A stretch of 11,801 bases of DNA from positions 1 to 11,801 of the forward strand of contig JAYOYH010000078.1 in assembly GCA_038153405.1 (NCBI GenBank), given 5' to 3'. The notes below the pieces were generated by a model. It was not told the DNA's origin and ran no database searches. It saw only the letters and a list, made by a program, of their open reading frames with translations. Below, one piece after another: positions 1 to 7,200 of the stretch. This stretch comes from Gemmatimonadota bacterium. Lineage in GTDB: Bacteria > Latescibacterota > UBA2968 > UBA8231. Position 1 is the stretch's first letter. Each line of letters starts with the position of its first letter. A program made the translations under genes and the position numbers.

Positions 1-114
1 ATCGAGCGCAAGCGCGACGCCGTGCGCTATCGCTACGGACAGTCGCTCTCCCTGCTGCCGCAGGTCGATGCCCAAAGAGAACGCGTTAGCCTGCAGCTAG
101 CGCTGCGCTTTTAG
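1..114 (+). CDS. 3' end of an upstream gene (partial), possibly an envelope/outer-membrane-associated protein
   Basis: Frame 1 is open from base 1 (IERKRDAVRYRYGQSLSLLPQVDAQRERVSLQLALRF) to TAG at 112-114, 28 nt before the next + strand gene. It ends in alternating hydrophobic residues and a terminal Phe. Confidence 0.6.
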   Translation: MERKRDAVRYRYGQSLSLLPQVDAQRERVSLQLALRF

Positions 115-133
115 CAAACCGGACAACGCACGC

Positions 134-137
134 GGAG
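134..137 (+). promoter_or_regulatory. Shine-Dalgarno site of the GH32-like gene
   Basis: GGAG located 5 nt upstream of ATG 143. Confidence 0.6.
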
Positions 138-142
138 ACCCC

Positions 143-1597
143 ATGGACGATATTCCACTGCACTACCACCTGATGCACCCCGGCGGCGAGAGCCTGCCCG
201 GCGATCCCAACGCCGCGTTCTATCTGGACGGCACCTATCACCTGCACTATATCCTGCGCCATCCTTGGCGCGACGGTACGTCCTTCTGCTTTGTACACGT
301 GACGAGCCTCGACCTGCTGCACTGGACCTGGCAGCCGACGAAGCTACAGCCGGCCTTCACCGGTCACGGCATGTTCAGCGGCACCGGCTTTCTCACGGCA
401 GAAGAATGGCCCGCCGTCATTTATCACGGCCAGGCTTCCGGGCGCAACCAGATTGCCCTGGCCTGCGATCGCCAGCTATCGGCCTGGGAAGAGCCCTACC
501 CCGTTGAAGTGCAAAATCCCGACGGCAGTGCGGCGCAGATGCAGCATTGGGATCCCGACTGCTTTCGCATCGGCGATACCTACTACGCCCTTTCCGGCGG
601 GGCAAAACCTCCGGTATTCAAGTCGAAAGACCTCAAAAACTGGGAGTATATCGGCGACTTTATGCGCGGCGACATGCCGGACGTAGCCATTGGGGAAGAC
701 ATCTCCTGCCCCAATTTTTTCAAGCTCGGCAGCCGGTGGATGCTGCTGTGTATTAGCCATCCCCTGGGCTGTCGCTACTATATCGGCGACTGGGATGCGA
801 AGGCCGAGCAGTTTGTGCCGCAGCGGCACGGTCGCATGAACTGGCGCCGCGACGACCAGCCGATATATGGCCTGTTTAAACGCACCGACTTCTTTGCTCC
901 CGAGAGCGTGCTAACGGCCGATGGACGCCGCGTCATGTGGGCGTGGCTGACTTCGGCCGGCCCCGACGGCGTCGTGCTCAACAAGACCGTACAGTCGCTG
1001 CCGCGCGAGCTGAGCCTTGCCGAAGATGACACCCTGCGCATCCGACCTCTGCGCGAGTTGGAGACGCTGCGCGCCGACCGGTTCGAGGAGCGCGACATTG
1101 CAATCGACCAGCCCATAGAGGGGCACGGCGACGCCGTGCCGCCCACCGAGGCGCCCGCCTTGAGGCAGCTGGCAGTGCTGAGGAGCGATGCCGTCGAGTT
1201 GCGCATCCGTATTGCGCGCCGGCAGGCCGAGCGCAAGCTCTTCGGCCTCGTGCTCTTTGCCGAAGACGGGCAGGGACTGCCCATTGTCTTCAGGCCCGAC
1301 AGCGGCACCGTGCGGCTAGGCGACGGCGAGGCGCCGTTTGCCGTGGCCGATCTGGACGAGGGCGAAGACCTCGAGCTGCGCATCTTCGTCGATCATTACT
1401 TGGTAGAAGTCTTTGTCAGCGACCGGCAGGCCCTCGTCGCGGCCTACCCAGCCTACGCGGGCAAGCGGACCCTGGCCGCCTTTAGCGTTGGCCAATCCAC
1501 GCAGATCGAGTCGCTCGAAATGTGGAAGCTCGCGCCGACCAACGCGGGTTTTTGGGCGGCGCGAGAAAACCGGGTGTGGGCACCGGACGAAGCGTGA
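143..1597 (+). CDS. Glycoside hydrolase family 32-like protein (5-bladed propeller plus C-terminal beta-sandwich) with atypical catalytic motifs
   Basis: 484 aa. GH32 hallmarks: YHLMHP, GDPNA (NDPNG-like), YHLHY, HVTSLDLLHW, MFSGT, WDP (RDP-like), SCPNFF (ECP-like), FFAPES, GRRVMWAW, SLPREL, and LRIFVDHYLVEVF in the C-terminal domain. No signal peptide. SD present. Confidence 0.9.
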   Translation: MDDIPLHYHLMHPGGESLPGDPNAAFYLDGTYHLHYILRHPWRDGTSFCFVHVTSLDLLHWTWQPTKLQPAFTGHGMFSGTGFLTAEEWPAVIYHGQASGRNQIALACDRQLSAWEEPYPVEVQNPDGSAAQMQHWDPDCFRIGDTYYALSGGAKPPVFKSKDLKNWEYIGDFMRGDMPDVAIGEDISCPNFFKLGSRWMLLCISHPLGCRYYIGDWDAKAEQFVPQRHGRMNWRRDDQPIYGLFKRTDFFAPESVLTADGRRVMWAWLTSAGPDGVVLNKTVQSLPRELSLAEDDTLRIRPLRELETLRADRFEERDIAIDQPIEGHGDAVPPTEAPALRQLAVLRSDAVELRIRIARRQAERKLFGLVLFAEDGQGLPIVFRPDSGTVRLGDGEAPFAVADLDEGEDLELRIFVDHYLVEVFVSDRQALVAAYPAYAGKRTLAAFSVGQSTQIESLEMWKLAPTNAGFWAARENRVWAPDEA

Positions 1598-1887
1598 GCG
1601 GCGATCTCCCGCAGCGTCAGCCCCTCGGGCATCTCTTCAAAAAAATACGGCATGGGCCCCGACTGAAACCCCGGCGTGAAGCGCTCGCCTTCGCCCTGCA
1701 GCTGTGCGTCAAGCCAGGCAAAGCGCGTCCACAGCGCGCGCTGGCGATCGACCAGCGTCTCAAAGGCCGCGCGCAGTAGATCTAGGCGGCCGGGCGGCAC
1801 AATATCCTCGACGACGACAAAACCATCGCGCAGCAACCGGTCTCCATTGAGCGCATTGAGCGGCACGCCCGCTGTGTACTCATTCAC
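1453..1887 (-). pseudogene. Short phytanoyl-CoA dioxygenase (PhyH)-like remnant, probably internally deleted
   Basis: GTG at 1887 has a strong SD (GAGGAGGT, 1893-1900). The N-terminus LLRDGFVVVEDIVPPGRLDLLRAAFE matches the PhyH N-terminal pattern. There is no HxD...H iron motif, the ORF is only 144 aa, and the last ~48 codons overlap the GH32 3' end in antisense. Confidence 0.6.
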
Positions 1888-1892
1888 CCTCG

Positions 1893-1900
1893 ACCTCCTC
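1893..1900 (-). promoter_or_regulatory. Strong Shine-Dalgarno site of the PhyH-like ORF
   Basis: The minus strand reads GAGGAGGT-CGAGG-GTG. Confidence 0.7.
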
Positions 1901-1931
1901 TAACTTCTCGCAATAGATTGGCGCGCGGCGT

Positions 1932-3227
1932 CTACGCCCTTCCCGCGCGCGAAAAAATGGTCGCGCCGGCGACAATCCCCACAAAACTAACGGCAAAAAA
2001 GGGCGTATACGGGCCGACGGGCAAGCCCAACAGCTCTGTGCGCAAGCCGCCGAGCTGATCCAAGCTCCAACCGGTTAATAGTGGACTGAGGACGGCGGCC
2101 ATTTGCGTCCACGTGTAGAACAGTGCCATGTACTCCGTCTTCTTTTCTACCGGCACGAGGTCGACGTTGAGCTGCCGGTCCTGACCGATGCTGAAGCCAA
2201 TGGACCCGACGCCCCACAGCGCAGCGGCGACGGCCGCCCAAAAGACACCGACGTCGCTGTGGCGCGGTATCGCCATCCAGATCAGCGGCAGCACGCCCAT
2301 GGCCAGCACGCCGCCCAGCAAGACGAGTCGCCCGCTGAATCGATCGGCCAGCCAGCCCCAGCCGTAGCTAGAGACCAAGGTGCCGATCAGCAGGAAGGTC
2401 TGCATCTGCACCACGGTGCCCGCGTCGAGGCCAACTTCGTCCTTCAAGTACAGTGGGATAAACGCGCCCCAGGCGTGCGTGGCCAGCGACATGATGACCA
2501 GACCCCACAGGAAACGCCGGAAGGGTGCATCGCGCAGGGCCGCGCGCAAAAGTGAAAAGTGGGCGCGCTGAGAAACGGCTTGCGGCTGTGGATCGCCGCC
2601 GCCGATTGGCATTTTTACCAACACGGAGAGCAGGCCAAAAGACGCGGCCAGCACAACGAGCATCTGGTAGGCGCGCAGGTCGGCGCCATCCGATAGGAAG
2701 TGACCCATCCACGCGATCACCCCCAGCCCAAAAACGGTGGAGACGATGTTGTTAACGGCCGAAAACTGACCGCGCACGCGCCGCGGCACAAATTCGTAGG
2801 CCCATGGATAGAGGGCCGTCTCGGCAATGATCCGCAGCACCCCGAACGTTCCCATCACCGCCGCCGTGAAAATCATAACCCCGACCAGACCGGCCTGGTG
2901 CAGCACGATGGGACAGACCGCTAGCAGGGCAAAGACGAATTTGCGCGCGCTGTAAAAGACGAGATAGGTGCGTTTACATCCCCAGCGCGCGGCGAGGGGC
3001 GCGACAAAGAGGGCCAGCGGTCCCGGCAGAAAGATCAGCGCATTGAGCAGGCCGATATGGGTTTTGGGTAAGCCCAACTCGTCGTAGTAGAGCACGAGGA
3101 CGGAGCCCAGGTTGCCGTACACGCTGCCCAACGCCGCGCTGAGCAACGCCCACGGCAGGCGGCTAATCTTGGCGCGGTCCTCGTCCGCTGCGCCGTCGGA
3201 TGGGAGCGACGACGGGGCGTCGTTCAC
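1932..3227 (-). CDS. Major facilitator superfamily transporter
   Basis: 431 aa with about 12 hydrophobic segments in two halves. Motif-A-like loops PLAARWGCKR and GWLADRFSGR. The GTG start overlaps the upstream TGA stop (GTGA, 3224-3227). Confidence 0.9.
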   Translation of the reverse strand: MNDAPSSLPSDGAADEDRAKISRLPWALLSAALGSVYGNLGSVLVLYYDELGLPKTHIGLLNALIFLPGPLALFVAPLAARWGCKRTYLVFYSARKFVFALLAVCPIVLHQAGLVGVMIFTAAVMGTFGVLRIIAETALYPWAYEFVPRRVRGQFSAVNNIVSTVFGLGVIAWMGHFLSDGADLRAYQMLVVLAASFGLLSVLVKMPIGGGDPQPQAVSQRAHFSLLRAALRDAPFRRFLWGLVIMSLATHAWGAFIPLYLKDEVGLDAGTVVQMQTFLLIGTLVSSYGWGWLADRFSGRLVLLGGVLAMGVLPLIWMAIPRHSDVGVFWAAVAAALWGVGSIGFSIGQDRQLNVDLVPVEKKTEYMALFYTWTQMAAVLSPLLTGWSLDQLGGLRTELLGLPVGPYTPFFAVSFVGIVAGATIFSRAGRA

Positions 3228-4414
3228 TCGATGACCATACGCGCCGAACGGGCCACGCTATCCCAATCCGGCTCGACGACGGGTCGGTCACTCCAGGCGA
3301 TGCGGGCAACGCCGTCGCCCACCACGAGCCGCCCGCGACAGTTCTGCTCTTCTTCGGGCGGCTCGGGCTGCAGGCCCATAAACGCCTCAAAGAGTGGATC
3401 GTTGGCCACGCCCAAGATCACGTGCGGATCGCCGCCGTGCACCGGCACGCCCATGCTCTCAGCCATCTGCGCCACTTTGAGCTGTCCGGTGATACCGATT
3501 CCGCGCTGGCGCACGATATCGGTGGCGCCCAGCGCCACGTAGGGCGCCGCATTAAAGGGCTGGCCGCCGATGGCACCGATCCACTCCAGCGCTAGCACAG
3601 GTAGGTCAACCGCTTTGCACAGCGTCTGCAGGCCGAGGATATCGTAGTCCTGCAGCGGCTCTTCGATCCACTCGTAATTATACTTCTCCAGCACGCGGCT
3701 GATGCGAATAGCCTCTTCGCAGGTGTAGGACTCGACCGGATCGTGCAGCAGGAGAAAGTCGTCGCCCATCGCCGCGCGCAGCTCGCGCGCCATTTCGGCG
3801 TTGCCCTCTACGCCGCGGTACCAGTGGTCCTTGCCGCCGATAAAGCCCTGCGCGCGCTTGTCCATGGCGCTCTCGACAATCGCGTCGATCGTGCGCCCGC
3901 CAATCAGCCCATAGGCCGGCACGCTTTCCCGCGCACCGCCCAACAGCTTGTAGATAGGCTGTCGCGCGTGGCGACTGGCCAAGTCCCACAGCATGCGATC
4001 GATGGTATCGAGCGGCTGGCGGCCCGTGTAGAAAAAGCGCTGCGCGTACCACATCCGCTGCCAGATGTATTCGCGATCAAAGGCGTCCACGCCCACAATC
4101 ATCGGCATGTAGCGAGCCAGCGCCAGCTTGGCATTCCACTCCAGCTCCGAGGCGCTGTAACCGCTGCCCCAATCGCCGTAGGCGTCGAGATCGCCGTCCG
4201 TGTGCAGGCGCAGCTGGAGCTTGTACATCGGCACGGGCTCCGGCGTGGCATATTCGATGTGCAGATCGGGTTCGGGGCCCATACCCTCGCAGTGGGTAAA
4301 CAAACCCGACAGGCCGGGTGGCACTTTGTCGATGCCGCCGCGGTCGGCGTAGCGCACCTGGCGCACCTGCGGCTCGGTCTCACTCAGATAGAAGGTCGCT
4401 TGGGTAATCTTCAT
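3224..4414 (-). CDS. Mandelate racemase/muconate lactonizing enzyme family (enolase superfamily) enzyme, probably a dehydratase or isomerase; substrate unknown
   Basis: 396 aa. Capping-domain motif IDRMLWDLASRHARQPIYKLLGG. K195-x-H197 motif. Metal ligands D225 (LHDP), E251 (WIEEP) and E277 (LALEW) have the 26/26 spacing of mandelate racemase D195/E221/E247. H326 (VHG) present. SD GGAGG at 4424-4428. Confidence 0.92.
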   Translation of the reverse strand: MKITQATFYLSETEPQVRQVRYADRGGIDKVPPGLSGLFTHCEGMGPEPDLHIEYATPEPVPMYKLQLRLHTDGDLDAYGDWGSGYSASELEWNAKLALARYMPMIVGVDAFDREYIWQRMWYAQRFFYTGRQPLDTIDRMLWDLASRHARQPIYKLLGGARESVPAYGLIGGRTIDAIVESAMDKRAQGFIGGKDHWYRGVEGNAEMARELRAAMGDDFLLLHDPVESYTCEEAIRISRVLEKYNYEWIEEPLQDYDILGLQTLCKAVDLPVLALEWIGAIGGQPFNAAPYVALGATDIVRQRGIGITGQLKVAQMAESMGVPVHGGDPHVILGVANDPLFEAFMGLQPEPPEEEQNCRGRLVVGDGVARIAWSDRPVVEPDWDSVARSARMVIE

Positions 4415-5385
4415 GCGTGGCCACCTCCGATTAGACGCAGTCCGAGGCCGGGCTCGGTCGGCAGCTGCAGGTGCCCCTGGCTAATAGTTGGGAGTTCAAT
4501 GCCTTCGGGCACAGAGCCGACGGCCAGCAGTTCGGCGTTGCGCACTGCCCCCATCAGGTGGGCTGCCGCGTGCAGGCTTCCGTGCAGCTCGCAGTTCATC
4601 TGCAGCGCCTCGGCTCCGCGCGCCAGCTTGAGCGCTTCGGTGATGCCGCCGCCGTCGGGTAGTACCATTCGAACGCGGTCGACGGCCCGCGTAGTCAGCG
4701 CGCGCGTGCCGGCCAAAATGGAGTCGCCCATAAAGGCGCCGGCCACCACCGGCAGCGACAGCGCGTCGGACAGCTTCTGCAGGGCGGTCACGTCGCCGTC
4801 GCGCAGCGGCTCGGCAAACCAGTGCCCGTCGATCGCTTCCAGCGCGCGGCCGATGCGCAGCGCCCCTTCCAGGTCAAAGCGCTGACCGCCGTCGCACAGG
4901 ATGCGAAACGAGGCACCGGCCTCGCGCCTGAGTGCGCGCAGCAGGTCTGGGGTCGCCTCGGCGCACACGGCCTGCAAACCATAACCAAAGGCACCCTCCT
5001 CGCGCGCGGCCAGCGCCTCGCCCACTACGACATCGATATCGGTTGTCTTTGAGCCGACGCGGTAGATCGGTATCCGATCGCGAAAGCCGCCGATAGCGCG
5101 AAACAGCGGCAAACCCTGCGCCTTGGCAAACAGGTCCCACAGAGCGATATCGACGTGGCCCCAGGAAGCGGGCGTGAGACCGGCCTGACGACCTGCTTCT
5201 CGACAGGCGCGCCAGAGGCGGTCGCGCTCCCATACAGAACCGCCGGACAGCACGGGCTCGTAGGCATCGACGATGGTCTGGGCCAGGGGCGCGGGCACGC
5301 CGGGCGCCCAGCCTTCGGTTCCGTCGTCCACGCACAGCCGCAGCAGGCCGTCTTCTATCGCATGGGTGATTCGAATCAGCTGCAT
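4411..5385 (-). CDS. Enolase-superfamily (MR/MLE-like) protein with a degenerate active site, probable pseudoenzyme
   Basis: 324 aa. Retains VDIALWDLFAKAQGLPLFRAIGGFRDRIP, GGGITEALKLA, ELHG and LPTEPGLG. Ligand positions read D165/A191/A217, and KxH is replaced by G-L-Q. The stop overlaps the next start (ATGA, 4411-4414). Confidence 0.88.
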   Translation of the reverse strand: MQLIRITHAIEDGLLRLCVDDGTEGWAPGVPAPLAQTIVDAYEPVLSGGSVWERDRLWRACREAGRQAGLTPASWGHVDIALWDLFAKAQGLPLFRAIGGFRDRIPIYRVGSKTTDIDVVVGEALAAREEGAFGYGLQAVCAEATPDLLRALRREAGASFRILCDGGQRFDLEGALRIGRALEAIDGHWFAEPLRDGDVTALQKLSDALSLPVVAGAFMGDSILAGTRALTTRAVDRVRMVLPDGGGITEALKLARGAEALQMNCELHGSLHAAAHLMGAVRNAELLAVGSVPEGIELPTISQGHLQLPTEPGLGLRLIGGGHA

Positions 5386-5402
5386 GGGCTCTTTTCCCCT
5401 TC

Positions 5403-6317
5403 TTAGCGTGGAGACCGAGCGCAGGCAAGTTCCCCACGCATTCTTGTTGCGTAGCGCTCGGCCATAGCCATAGCCAATATACCGGCGATGATCAGCGCAC
5501 CGCCACCGGCTATATGCCAGCCCAGCGGCTCGCCCAGCACCTGGTTGGCCAAGGTAATTTGGGCAATGGGCGTGGCCGTCGTAATGGAACCGGCCAACGT
5601 GGCACTAAGCCGTTTCATGCCCTCGGAAACGAGCGTGAACGACAGCCCGGTACCCACTACGCCCAGCACGACCAACGCCAGCAGGTCTCGCCCAGCGGGC
5701 GGCGCGTGCAGCTGGAAAGACGCGGCGGAAAGCGCACCGATGATCAGGGCGCCAATCCCCATCATCGGCGCGAGAATCGCCCCGCTCGGCGCGTACGGCG
5801 CCAGCGCCTTATTGGCCAGCGCGTAGAGGCCCCAGCCCAAACCCGAAAAGAGCATCAGCGCATTCCCCCGCATATAGTTGGGCGCCAACAGCTCGCTCAC
5901 GTCACCCCCCCACACCACCACCGCAGCAATGCCGGCTAGCACCAGCCCTATGCCGGCGATCTTGCCCAGGCCGATGTGCTCGCCCAGCACGACGACGGCC
6001 AGCAGGGTCAAGGCGACGTATTGCACCTGCACGATCAGCACGCCGACGCTGGCCGTCGTATAGCTGAGCGAGAGCGCGTAGAGCGCGTAGTTCAGGCCGA
6101 TCCCCAAGCCACCCACTAAGTGCCAGCGCGACCAGACGATCGACCGCGCACTGTCGCCGCGCGCATACAGCAGGGCTAGGGCAAAGCCCGCCCCCTGCGC
6201 CGAACGCAGAAACGCAATGGTAAACGGGTCGAACACGGCCAAGAGCTGTTTGATCAAAATGGGCACCATGCTCCACAGGACGACGACGCCAACCATGCAC
6301 GCTATGCCAATCCCCAC
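5403..6317 (-). CDS. DMT/EamA family transporter
   Basis: About 10 hydrophobic segments in two EamA-like repeats (FDPFTIAFLR, LSYTTAS, VLGEHI, GNALMLFSGLGWGLY, VLGEPL). Start revised from TTG 6380 to the in-frame GTG 6317, which has GGAGG (6325-6329) 7 nt upstream; 304 aa. Confidence 0.9.
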   Translation of the reverse strand: MGIGIACMVGVVVLWSMVPILIKQLLAVFDPFTIAFLRSAQGAGFALALLYARGDSARSIVWSRWHLVGGLGIGLNYALYALSLSYTTASVGVLIVQVQYVALTLLAVVVLGEHIGLGKIAGIGLVLAGIAAVVVWGGDVSELLAPNYMRGNALMLFSGLGWGLYALANKALAPYAPSGAILAPMMGIGALIIGALSAASFQLHAPPAGRDLLALVVLGVVGTGLSFTLVSEGMKRLSATLAGSITTATPIAQITLANQVLGEPLGWHIAGGGALIIAGILAMAMAERYATRMRGELACARSPR

Positions 6318-6482
6318 GCTGTTCCCTCCCCCTCGATAGATGGGCACCCACTGATCAATGCCCACCGCAAAGCTAGCCAAATCCCCCCCGATCGCGCAAA
6401 GGCAATGGGCGCAATGGCGAAAAACGGCGGCTTCAATAACATTAATAGAGACCGGATCCGCGCCCTAGCCGAGGAGCTCTAT

Positions 6483-7028
6483 ATGCAACGCGCACCGAAT
6501 CGAACGTCCCATGCCTCGCTGCGATCTAGCCGATGGATCCGCGCACGATCCTACTGGATCGGCCTGATCGCACTGGTCTTGTTTGGCTGCGGCCGAGACG
6601 ATGCAACCGGTCCGAGCTACGACCACCTGCCCGAGCGCTACCGCGCCCTAGCCAAGACGTTTGACGCGCAGCAGGAGCGCTGGCGCGATAGCAAACTCCA
6701 ATCGTACCAGTATACCTATCAGCGCACGTGTTTCTGCGAGCCCGACTGGATACGCCCGGTCGTCATTGACGTGGTCAACAACCGCATTGAGCGCATCGTC
6801 TACGCCGACGACGGGGCACCGGTCGATTCGACCTATTGGGCAAGTTACCATACAGTCGACGGGCTCTTTGCCCTTATCGACAGCGCTCTAGCCAGAGACG
6901 CGGCCCAAATTACGGTGCAATTTGACGAGGCGCTCGGCTATCCCACCCAGCTGTATATTGACGAAGACCTGGGCATCGCCGACGAAGAGTTGCGCATCGC
7001 GGCATCGAATATGCACCCCCTGCCCTAA
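6483..7028 (+). CDS. DUF6174-like lipoprotein
   Basis: Start revised to ATG 6483 (GAGGAG at 6471-6476); 181 aa. An Arg-rich n-region and hydrophobic stretch end in lipobox LFG-C (Cys codon 6588-6590). The pattern W..YQYTYQRTCFC..P..V..TVDGLF..I..FD..GYP..D..DEE is recognised as DUF6174. Confidence 0.8.
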   Translation: MQRAPNRTSHASLRSSRWIRARSYWIGLIALVLFGCGRDDATGPSYDHLPERYRALAKTFDAQQERWRDSKLQSYQYTYQRTCFCEPDWIRPVVIDVVNNRIERIVYADDGAPVDSTYWASYHTVDGLFALIDSALARDAAQITVQFDEALGYPTQLYIDEDLGIADEELRIAASNMHPLP

Positions 7029-7200
7029 AGAACGTTCCGCTGTGGCCCTTTACCGTATGGGACTCCCAAGAGCAACCCCCCATACCGCTTAGGGCGCCCC
7101 CCTCAACCTCACCTGCCACCGACCCGCGCCCGCACGGACAATCGCCCCGTTTTCGGCACAGCGGTCCCCTGGCCCACACCCAGCTATCGTCCTCAAGCGA

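Noticed and set aside
778..1383. 201-aa minus-strand ORF, and similar short ORFs nested in the main genes (e.g. 2103-2555, 4874-5437, 9649-10299)
   Set aside because: Ser/Arg/Pro-rich off-frame or antisense translations of well-supported genes, with no independent evidence of coding.
3743..4885. 380-aa + strand ORF
   Set aside because: Lies entirely antisense to the two enolase-family genes and has no recognisable motifs. Long shadow ORFs are expected opposite GC-rich genes.
6318..6482. ORF-track starts at 6380 (EamA) and 6405 (lipoprotein)
   Set aside because: Downstream in-frame starts (6317, 6483) have good SD sites and leave 165 nt for divergent promoters, whereas the longer starts leave only 24 nt.
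6910..7179. 89-aa minus-strand ORF across the intergenic region
   Set aside because: Gly-rich product that reflects the C-rich + strand, overlaps the lipoprotein gene, and has no SD or motif.
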